From a virus: a stretch of 64,000 bases of DNA. The stretch is from IMG/VR virus record IMGVR_UViG_3300045988_131228, positions 109,272-173,271 of that record. One strand, written 5' to 3'. Numbering within the stretch: the stretch's first letter is position 1; each line of letters opens with the position of its first letter. The notes beneath the pieces were generated by a model. The model made no database searches and was not told the origin of the DNA. It saw nothing but the letters and a program-made list of their open reading frames with translations. Position numbers and translations under genes: made by a program. This document shows positions 55,128-61,443 of this stretch, in pieces.

Positions 55128-55859
55128 TTATTTTTTCTCTTTCGTTACGCCTTTCGCATAATCTTCGAGATATTCTTTAGACAAACGTCTGTATTTATAT
55201 TTAGAATTTGCAATCTTATCGATCACTTTCATGTATTTCCTGTTTTTAAATCTCTCTATATGGTATTGGAAAAGTTTTGCACAATTCCTATTTCTTTTAC
55301 ATATAGCACGTTGACGTTCATAATATTGCAATAAGTAACTAATTCTACTCATTGGCACTGTTCCCAATTTTGTTTCTTCATCTCGGATAAAATGTCTTAC
55401 GTCAAGAATTTTCAGATCATATTCTTTAATAAGATATTCCATATTCTCAATGTATTTCTCTCTATCAGAAATACAATCAATTACCATCTTAAAGAAATTG
55501 CCGATTCCTATATCATTCATAGAAAGTTCTTTCTCTAAAGCAGTTTCTCCATGATATGTATAAGGATTATCATACTTTGGATTTCGCTGATAATCTTCAT
55601 AGTAATCGTCAAGTTCCGCTAAGATACCGTTAATATCTTCTGGTAGTTTTTCTTCTTCAATTGGTTTAGGTTGAGCAGCGATTTCAGAGACTAGCTGAAC
55701 ATTAAAGTGAAATTTTCTCAATGGTTTAGGAAGATTCTTGATAATGTTTTTTGCTTTATCTTCTGAAAATCTTTCTGCAAGTACCTGACCGCATGTTTGA
55801 GGACTACCATTTGAATCTAAACGGATATATTGCTTGCCGTTTGTAATTAAGCAATCCAA
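55128..55859 (-). CDS. hypothetical protein (243 aa, TTG start)
   Basis: ORF track; SD AAAGGGG 9 nt before the TTG. Confidence 0.55.
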   Translation of the reverse strand: MDCLITNGKQYIRLDSNGSPQTCGQVLAERFSEDKAKNIIKNLPKPLRKFHFNVQLVSEIAAQPKPIEEEKLPEDINGILAELDDYYEDYQRNPKYDNPYTYHGETALEKELSMNDIGIGNFFKMVIDCISDREKYIENMEYLIKEYDLKILDVRHFIRDEETKLGTVPMSRISYLLQYYERQRAICKRNRNCAKLFQYHIERFKNRKYMKVIDKIANSKYKYRRLSKEYLEDYAKGVTKEKK

Positions 55860-55907
55860 TTTACATCGCCCCTTTCATTTTTATAAACGTTATTTCTCCG
55901 TTTTGAA

Positions 55908-55981
55908 TGGAAATTGTGGGACTTGAACCCACGCCCTATAGTTTATGAGACTATTTCTCTAACCAACTGAGATAAATTTCC
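55908..55981 (-). tRNA. tRNA with CAT anticodon (elongator Met or, if lysidine-modified, Ile2)
   Basis: Hand-folded cloverleaf: GGAAATT-TA-TCTC AGTTGGTTA GAGA-A-ATAGT CTCATAA ACTAT-AGGGC-GTGGG TTCAAGT CCCAC-AATTTCC-A. 1:72 is paired and the anticodon stem has no GGG, so it is not initiator-like. CCA is not encoded. Confidence 0.85.
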
Positions 55982-56107
55982 ATAAAATACTTAAAAATGA
56001 GTACAAAAACTACGATGAAAGCCGACTTTCATTTGTAATATTTCTCTATATTTAGTTGTTTAAAATTGGAATAATCGCAGAATCGCTATGATTAATAAAG
56101 ATTTTGC

Positions 56108-56136
56108 TTGACATTTTCTACCAAGCATTCTAAACT
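56108..56136 (+). promoter_or_regulatory. plus-strand sigma-A-type promoter TTGACA-17-TAAACT
   Basis: -35 at 56108..56113; -10 at 56131..56136. Confidence 0.5.
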
Positions 56137-56142
56137 AATTAT

Positions 56143-56241
56143 AACATATTAGATTATTCCCGTAATCTTCTATGTTGTGTTGTTTGTAAGGTTCTTATCT
56201 CATATGGTGTTCCCGCACCGAGATAAGATCCTTACTTTTTT
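56143..56241 (+). ncRNA. candidate ~100-nt small RNA (promoter to intrinsic terminator)
   Basis: Bounded by the promoter at 56108..56136 and the terminator at 56186..56241; no credible ORF or SD inside. Confidence 0.35.
56186..56241 (+). terminator. strong intrinsic terminator, functional only in the plus direction
   Basis: GTAAGG-TT-CTTATCTC .. GAGATAAG-AT-CCTTAC (6+8 bp) followed by TTTTTT; the minus-strand side has no U tract after the stem. Confidence 0.7.
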
Positions 56242-56263
56242 ATTGTCTTGTGAAGATGTTTAT

Positions 56264-56315
56264 ATCATATACCAAACATTTGTTTGTGTCAATACTTTCC
56301 AGAACATTTGTTTGT
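56264..56315 (-). promoter_or_regulatory. minus-strand promoter TTGACA-17-TATGAT with two 13-bp direct repeats (AACATTTGTTTGT on plus)
   Basis: -35 at 56292..56287; -10 at 56269..56264; repeats at 56275..56287 and 56303..56315. Confidence 0.5.
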
Positions 56316-56412
56316 ATTTTTCATCTTGCAACAAAGTCTTTATTTACCAGTTCTTACAGTATTTATTTTATGCAGTAGATTTATGGAAATCTTGCGGTAA
56401 ATTTTGGTAATT

Positions 56413-56688
56413 TTAACATCGAATAAATTCGTTCTCTGGAAATAATATCGTCTTTTCTTTTCTTTTATCATGAGTTTTTAAACTAGAAGTTATAACATTT
56501 TTGTCATATAAAATAGGCGATCCAGTATTAATAACTTTAATTCCATGTTGAACACTTATTAAAATTGCATTTCCATCAGGTATTCTTTTTTCTAAATCAA
56601 ATGAAGAAAGCAATACGTTCTCTCCACCATTTTTCTTATATTCAGTTAATATTGCGATTGCTTCGTCAACAGAAATTACTTTACTCAT
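56413..56688 (-). CDS. hypothetical protein (91 aa) translationally coupled downstream of the MazF-like toxin; candidate cognate partner
   Basis: ORF track; 4-nt overlap with 56685..57074. Confidence 0.55.
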   Translation of the reverse strand: MSKVISVDEAIAILTEYKKNGGENVLLSSFDLEKRIPDGNAILISVQHGIKVINTGSPILYDKNVITSSLKTHDKRKEKTILFPENEFIRC

Positions 56689-57074
56689 TCTAATACCTCC
56701 ACCTTAATTTTCTTATTTCCAAAATGAGTGGATAAAAAACATTTTGTAGCCATTATTTGATCTTGCTCGTTATCCAGTGATCCCCATTTCGCAATAACAT
56801 CTCTCTTATCAATAGTATAAATTGACTCTCCTAAAATCATAGAATCACATTTAAGACCATTATTTTTATTAGCTTTAACTATCCAATGAGTAGGCTGATT
56901 GGTCTTTTTAATTTTTGATGTTAAGTCCATTACTACTAATGTAGGAGCATATTTATTCCCATCATCGTTCTGAATAACAATAGCTGGACGTTTCTTGCCC
57001 TGCACGTGTGAACCTGATGTAATTTCTTTTTTATTAACGAATAAAATATCATAGATATTAAATTCTTCCATCAT
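56685..57074 (-). CDS. MazF/PemK (EndoA)-family endoribonuclease toxin
   Basis: GSHVQGKKRPAIVIQNDDGNKYAPTLVVMDLTSKIKKTNQPTH..DSMILGESIYTIDK aligns closely with my recollection of B. subtilis EndoA ([56 protein letters not shown]). Confidence 0.85.
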   Translation of the reverse strand: MMEEFNIYDILFVNKKEITSGSHVQGKKRPAIVIQNDDGNKYAPTLVVMDLTSKIKKTNQPTHWIVKANKNNGLKCDSMILGESIYTIDKRDVIAKWGSLDNEQDQIMATKCFLSTHFGNKKIKVEVLE

Positions 57075-57109
57075 GTGTGTGCCGCTCCTTTCTTTATCTT
57101 ATGTACCCT

Positions 57110-57150
57110 ATTATAGCGTATAGACTATATATTGTCAAGACTATATATTG
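57110..57150 (-). promoter_or_regulatory. consensus promoter TTGACA-17-TATAAT for the toxin operon, overlapped by two AGACTATATATTG direct repeats
   Basis: -35 at 57138..57133; -10 at 57115..57110; repeats at 57122..57134 and 57138..57150. Confidence 0.65.
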
Positions 57151-57176
57151 CTAAAAATAAATATTTTTGTTATAAT
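57148..57176 (+). promoter_or_regulatory. divergent promoter TTGCTA-17-(TGT)TATAAT for the XRE gene
   Basis: -35 at 57148..57153; extended -10 at 57168..57176. Confidence 0.65.
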
Positions 57177-57204
57177 CAATTCATCAAATTTTGGAGGTAT
57201 CACA

Positions 57205-57414
57205 ATGAAAGTAATCCTCAAAGAAACCCTTGAAAAACAGGGTAAATCACAATATTGGCTTGCAAAAGAGACAGGTATAGCTCAATCTACATTGAGTAAT
57301 CTTTGTGCCAATAAAACAAGTAAAATTGATTTTCTTGTGTTAGAAAAAATCTGTAATGCTCTTGATTGTGATATTACAGACATAATTTCTGTCAAAGAAA
57401 GCGATGACAAATAG
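57205..57414 (+). CDS. XRE/Cro-CI-family helix-turn-helix regulator (69 aa)
   Basis: GGAGG 7 nt before ATG 57205; KSQYWLAKETGIAQSTLSNL HTH. The track's TTG 57148 start would include the promoter. Confidence 0.8.
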   Translation: MKVILKETLEKQGKSQYWLAKETGIAQSTLSNLCANKTSKIDFLVLEKICNALDCDITDIISVKESDDK

Positions 57415-57421
57415 TCATCGC
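57401..57421. terminator. hairpin GCGATGAC-AAATA-GTCATCGC between convergent genes
   Basis: 8-bp GC-rich stem; T-rich tract follows on the minus strand (TTTCTTT), weaker on plus. Confidence 0.5.
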
Positions 57422-57450
57422 CTACATAGTTATTATTTAAAAGCAACCTT

Positions 57451-57657
57451 TCATCTTTCGATTATGGTATGTTTTCCTTTATGTTCACAATCATTCTGAT
57501 CACATATCAAACATCTTTCTTCATATGGGTTCATTCTGGCATAATTACAATACATAGTAATATTCTCAGATTCGTTTATTCCTGGAACTAAAAATATTTT
57601 ACTCATAATCTTGTAATCCTTTCTTTGAAAGTTGGATTTCAGCATTGTATTATTCAA
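57451..57657 (-). CDS. Cys-rich small protein (68 aa or shorter)
   Basis: ORF track. Confidence 0.45.
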   Translation of the reverse strand: MNNTMLKSNFQRKDYKIMSKIFLVPGINESENITMYCNYARMNPYEERCLICDQNDCEHKGKHTIIER

Positions 57658-58042
57658 TTCTAATTTCTGTCACACTACCATGCATTTCGTCATACAACTG
57701 CGAAGCAATAGTTTCCAAATCATCAAAATAATAATCCCATAAATCACATTGGAAGCCATCTGGTGTATCATTAATATAATATGTAGTATCTAAATCTGTA
57801 TCAATTGCCACAATAATACTATCGAATCCACGTTTCTCCGCATCTACATACGCAGAAGTAACTTGCTCTAAAAACTCGTCCTGATCCATAGGTTCATCAA
57901 GTAAATCATATCCTATACTAATATTTCTATTTGCATACTCATCTGCAAATTTTTCTAAATCTCCTTCTGTTTTTACCCATTCTGGAACTGTAACAATATC
58001 TCCACCGTTTAATTCCACCCGCATTTTTATTTTCTTGACCAT
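57650..58042 (-). CDS. strongly acidic protein (130 aa)
   Basis: Roughly one residue in four is D or E by hand count. Confidence 0.55.
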   Translation of the reverse strand: MVKKIKMRVELNGGDIVTVPEWVKTEGDLEKFADEYANRNISIGYDLLDEPMDQDEFLEQVTSAYVDAEKRGFDSIIVAIDTDLDTTYYINDTPDGFQCDLWDYYFDDLETIASQLYDEMHGSVTEIRIE

Positions 58043-58068
58043 TTTTATACCTTCATGAAAGTCGAATT

Positions 58069-58224
58069 TTATTGTTCTCCAATAATAATTGGTCTATAAA
58101 TAACATCTACATTCTTTAAAAGTTCCAATGCTTCATCACACGCTTTCCAAGCATCACTTAATTTTTTATATCGTCCTAAATAAATACTGCCTTTAGGAGC
58201 ATAATTAATGTAACTCGTATACAT
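58069..58224 (-). CDS. hypothetical small protein (51 aa)
   Basis: Own translation: MYTSYINYAPKGSIYLGRYKKLSDAWKACDEALELLKNVDVIYRPIIIGEQ; SD GGAG. Confidence 0.45.
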   Translation of the reverse strand: MYTSYINYAPKGSIYLGRYKKLSDAWKACDEALELLKNVDVIYRPIIIGEQ

Positions 58225-58248
58225 ATATTCTCCATTATTTAATATATT

Positions 58249-58485
58249 TTATTTATTCTCTTTATACCATAAATCAGCAATTGCATGAGTTAATTCAATT
58301 TGTAACATCCATGTTGTATTTGATCCAAAATCTTCATTATAAGCCTTTCTAATCTTGTCTAAATCTGTATCTGAATCAAAGAATCCCATTTCCTCTACTT
58401 TAAGAAATTCTCCATACAATTTTACCAGTTCTTCTTTTGATTTAGTTTCAAAAATATTAACATGTCCCATATGTAATACCTCCAT
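58249..58485 (-). CDS. hypothetical protein; probable start ATG 58470; intact paralogue of pseudogene 62867..63064
   Basis: ORF track; GGAGG 8 nt before the internal ATG (MGHVNIFE..). Confidence 0.55.
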   Translation of the reverse strand: MEVLHMGHVNIFETKSKEELVKLYGEFLKVEEMGFFDSDTDLDKIRKAYNEDFGSNTTWMLQIELTHAIADLWYKENK

Positions 58486-58509
58486 AAAATCAGTCTTTCA
58501 TCTGCATTA

Positions 58510-58962
58510 TCAAACTATATATTCCAATAACTCATCTCTCATACCTTGTAGATACTCCAAAACATCCAATCTACCACCGTATATACAATGAATTTGAGTT
58601 AATTTCCCTTGATCGTATAACCATCTAGCAGCCGCATATCTATGCCATCCATCTACAATTACAGCTTGCGGAAGGATTTCATTATTGACACATTCATTAT
58701 CAATCTCAATATCTTTTATTTCTTCTGGATGATTGATAAAATAAATAATTCTTCCAATATGCCAATCTCTTGATCTGTGTTCTAATACAAGATGATCCAA
58801 TGTATCTCCATATGGTTCGGATATTTCAGCAATACATTCATGTATTCCAATTGATATATCGTCTAAATCAATCTTTCCACAGAAATCCCATTCCCAGTAT
58901 TCAGATGGTAGAAATTCAATGAGCCTATCAATTCTTATAATATCCCCTGTATATTCTTCCAT
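58510..58962 (-). CDS. ParB/sulfiredoxin-fold domain protein
   Basis: VIVDGWHRYAAARWL matches the DGxHRxxAA core of ParB N-terminal/Srx domains. Confidence 0.5.
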   Translation of the reverse strand: MEEYTGDIIRIDRLIEFLPSEYWEWDFCGKIDLDDISIGIHECIAEISEPYGDTLDHLVLEHRSRDWHIGRIIYFINHPEEIKDIEIDNECVNNEILPQAVIVDGWHRYAAARWLYDQGKLTQIHCIYGGRLDVLEYLQGMRDELLEYIV

Positions 58963-58971
58963 AATATACCT

Positions 58972-59124
58972 CTATTCTTTCTTCTTCAAAATCTTAGTCA
59001 CTTCACCAACACTTATACAGAATCTTTTGGCAACATCTTTCTTATCACCACTTCTATTGTAAGTGTTAATAACATCCTCGTATGTAAATTCTTTCTCTAC
59101 TGGTACATTCATAAAACTATCCAT
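58972..59124 (-). CDS. small helix-turn-helix protein (50 aa), excisionase/regulator candidate
   Basis: Own translation: MDSFMNVPVEKEFTYEDVINTYNRSGDKKDVAKRFCISVGEVTKILKKKE; SD GGAGGT. Confidence 0.45.
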   Translation of the reverse strand: MDSFMNVPVEKEFTYEDVINTYNRSGDKKDVAKRFCISVGEVTKILKKKE

Positions 59125-59185
59125 AATCTATATACCTCCAAAATCTTTCTATAATACACTTCTCTGTTGTTTTCATTAATTACTC

Positions 59186-60016
59186 CTATTCTATCATATC
59201 TGAATCATCTTGTGGACATAAATAATCTTCCGGTGTTTCTTCTTCATTCGAGAAAATACACATTCTTTCCTGGTTTTTAAATATTTCTTCATCTGTGATG
59301 CAAATATATCTTAAAGTAATACGCATATCAGCATGTCCAAAAATAGTCATAAGCTGTATAAGAGCCTGTTGTTTGTCTGGTGCAGCTAAATAATAACTAT
59401 GTCCAAAAGTCTTACGAAGTCCATGAGTACCAATAGACTGTTTAATACCTGCTTTTATTCTATTCCTCTCAACAGTTCTATACCATGTCATTTCTCCAAT
59501 ATGTTCACCTTTATTAGAAGAAAAAATATAATCAGTTAACTCAGGAGTTTCATTATGATCTTCTAACCACTTATGCCAATTCTGAATAGCCATTTTAAAA
59601 TCACTGTCATATCTTAATTTGACATATTTTCTTTTAATTACATTTCCACATCTATCTCTACGCTCTGTTTTTTCTGGAACAAACTTCTGTGACTTTTTAA
59701 TTCTCCATCCATCTTCATATACATCTTTCCATGTGAGTTTGCAAAAATCCCCACCACGTAATCCAATATTGATCGCACATATGAACATTGTAAGATTTCG
59801 CATAGCGTTCTTTTCTTTATTAACAGTAGTCGCATTATCAACATCTGTTTTAAACACATTGTATACAGATAAAATTTCATCCTTAGTATACAAACATTCC
59901 ATCTCTGTTGACTTCCCACGCCGTAATGTTTTCTGTTTTGGAAAATTGTATATCGTTGCTTTCTGTTTTTGATTGATATAACACGGCTGTTGGATTGCTA
60001 AAGCTGGCATAACCAC
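59186..60016 (-). CDS. int: tyrosine recombinase / integrase; probable start ATG 60010
   Basis: Catalytic pattern GLRGGD.., HGLRKTF, GHADMRITLRY; AGGAGG before ATG 60010. Confidence 0.9.
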   Translation of the reverse strand: MVMPALAIQQPCYINQKQKATIYNFPKQKTLRRGKSTEMECLYTKDEILSVYNVFKTDVDNATTVNKEKNAMRNLTMFICAINIGLRGGDFCKLTWKDVYEDGWRIKKSQKFVPEKTERRDRCGNVIKRKYVKLRYDSDFKMAIQNWHKWLEDHNETPELTDYIFSSNKGEHIGEMTWYRTVERNRIKAGIKQSIGTHGLRKTFGHSYYLAAPDKQQALIQLMTIFGHADMRITLRYICITDEEIFKNQERMCIFSNEEETPEDYLCPQDDSDMIE

Positions 60017-60030
60017 ACCTCCTAACTATT

Positions 60031-60423
60031 TTATTTCTTCCAATATCCATATAAACAGCAATCACCAGAATCCCATGTATCATAGAAAAATCCATTAACA
60101 CAACATACATAATGATTTGCAACCACTAAGACATATGTGCCATCATTATTCATTTTTGTGAAATGTTCTACGGTAGGACGTTTACTTCCTTTTTTATTAC
60201 TAATTCCAGTGTATTCATATCCATTCGATCTCAAGATATGTTCAAATCCTGCTTTACAATTCATTGGACATTGTACTTCTCTTGAAAGTTTATACATCAT
60301 ATCATAAGCATCCAACCATGAAAGATTTTCTGCTTTACATATTGATCTTACTGCACAATCTCCAAATTCATCTTTTGCATCTCTTTCATTCGGTTGAAAG
60401 TATTTATAATGTTTACTTGTCAT
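60031..60423 (-). CDS. hypothetical protein with possible Cys-His-Asp (papain-like) arrangement
   Basis: GDCAVRS .. ANHYVCCVNG..DTWD; impression only. Confidence 0.3.
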   Translation of the reverse strand: MTSKHYKYFQPNERDAKDEFGDCAVRSICKAENLSWLDAYDMMYKLSREVQCPMNCKAGFEHILRSNGYEYTGISNKKGSKRPTVEHFTKMNNDGTYVLVVANHYVCCVNGFFYDTWDSGDCCLYGYWKK

Positions 60424-60455
60424 TTGATTTTACTCCTTTCTCTTAACTTAATTAT

Positions 60456-60484
60456 ATTGTACACTATATGTGTACTTTTGTAAA
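60456..60484 (-). promoter_or_regulatory. promoter TTTACA-17-TACAAT for the 60423..59186 operon
   Basis: -35 at 60484..60479; -10 at 60461..60456; operator O1 lies in the spacer and -10. Confidence 0.55.
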
Positions 60485-60544
60485 TTGACATAGTACACAA
60501 AATATTTACTTTTCAATTGTATATTTTGTACACGTTTTGTGTAC
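60459..60544. promoter_or_regulatory. two 17-bp palindromic operators GTACAC-N5-GTGTAC plus one half-site
   Basis: O1 at 60459..60475 (GTACACTATATGTGTAC); O2 at 60528..60544 (GTACACGTTTTGTGTAC); half-site at 60493..60498. Confidence 0.7.
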
Positions 60545-60556
60545 TTATGGTAACTT

Positions 60557-60587
60557 ACAAAAAAAGAAGATATATTTCAATCTTCTT
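60557..60587 (-). terminator. intrinsic terminator after the repressor-like gene
   Basis: AAGAAGAT/ATCTTCTT 8-bp stem followed by T7 on the minus strand; the TGA stop is in the loop. Confidence 0.6.
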
Positions 60588-60801
60588 TTAGTACATATTC
60601 TTTTTCGCCTTTTATTATGATTTCCATACCTAAATAATTTGCAATCAGGTACATATCTTTATCTGTAAAACTATCACGAGTCATTTTATTCGTGAAACCT
60701 TGTTTACTAATACCCATTGCATTAGCTAATTCTTGCTGCGTAATCTTCTTTCCAGAGTCTTTACAATCTTCTAATATCTGTTTTATTATTTTTGCAAATA
60801 T
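60577..60801 (-). CDS. XRE-family HTH repressor-like protein (74 aa) with apparent ATA start codon
   Basis: Own translation: (I)FAKIIKQILEDCKDSGKKITQQELANAMGISKQGFTNKMTRDSFTDKDMYLIANYLGMEIIIKGEKEYVLKED. GGGAGG (60815..60810) lies 8 nt before ATA 60801..60799. In-frame TGA upstream. The first ATG would delete helix 1-2 of the HTH. Confidence 0.6.
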   Translation of the reverse strand: MFAKIIKQILEDCKDSGKKITQQELANAMGISKQGFTNKMTRDSFTDKDMYLIANYLGMEIIIKGEKEYVLKED

Positions 60802-60830
60802 TTTAACCGCCTCCCATCATATTTCTTCTT

Positions 60831-60859
60831 ATTATAAAGGAAATCTGCTCACGTAGCAA
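60831..60859 (-). promoter_or_regulatory. promoter TTGCTA-17-TATAAT for the repressor-like gene
   Basis: -35 at 60859..60854; -10 at 60836..60831. Confidence 0.6.
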
Positions 60860-60973
60860 GTAATTATTTATCCGTTTTAACCACATATCACCGCATTTAT
60901 ACGGTGATTTACGTCCGTTAACGCTGAAAAAAATTCTATAAGTACCTATAACTTTTTCCATGAAATGTCTGTT

Positions 60974-61219
60974 CTATTGTAATTTGACCAAATCATAACT
61001 ATTTACTGACATATCAATAATTTGTTGACCATCCCATTGTACATAAACAAATCCATCTGAGTAATAACGGATTCCTTTTATAACAGTTCCATCTATATAT
61101 TCTGTTGTACGATCATGTCTGTTTTTATATTTTCTTACTCGATCTCCCTTTCTTAAACACTTCCAGTCTTTATTTTCTATCAACCCTATACCCCTTTTCA
61201 TGAAAACAATTTTTATCAT
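60974..61219 (-). CDS. hypothetical protein (81 aa or shorter)
   Basis: ORF track; internal TTG with SD AAGGGG is an alternative start. Confidence 0.5.
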   Translation of the reverse strand: MIKIVFMKRGIGLIENKDWKCLRKGDRVRKYKNRHDRTTEYIDGTVIKGIRYYSDGFVYVQWDGQQIIDMSVNSYDLVKLQ

Positions 61220-61431
61220 CTTTCATAAAAACTACATGGTATCTTGCATTTTCCTGTCGATGATGCACCTTTACCACATAGTCCATCCTTCATGTATTTA
61301 CAAGCGTCTTTTATAGCACCAATATTTCGCGATCCACAATTATTACAATGATACGATTTCTCTTTTTCATCATATCGAATATCTCTGTTTCCACAATCTA
61401 AACAAATCATAATTCTCTCCCATGAAAACAA
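61216..61431 (-). CDS. zinc-ribbon protein; probable start at ATG (MICLDCGN..)
   Basis: CLDCG..CNNCG; GGGAGAG before the internal ATG. Confidence 0.55.
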   Translation of the reverse strand: MFSWERIMICLDCGNRDIRYDEKEKSYHCNNCGSRNIGAIKDACKYMKDGLCGKGASSTGKCKIPCSFYER

Positions 61432-61443
61432 TCTTTCAATTAT

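Noticed and set aside
56177-56410. Plus-strand 77-aa ORF.
   Set aside because: It reads straight through the intrinsic terminator hairpin and T-tract, has a GTG start without an SD, and has a hydrophobic low-complexity product.
55908-60016. The tRNA as the integration site of an island carrying the integrase.
   Set aside because: The integrase lies on the 5' side of the tRNA gene, about 3.2 kb away. I could not find a repeat of the tRNA 3' end anywhere in the window.
60803-60961. 52-codon minus-strand ORF (MEKVIGTYRIFFSVNGRK..) that briefly looked like a RelE/HigB-type toxin upstream of the HTH gene.
   Set aside because: No SD, far too short for that fold, and it contains the TTGCTA-17-TATAAT promoter of the repressor gene. 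Treated as non-coding.
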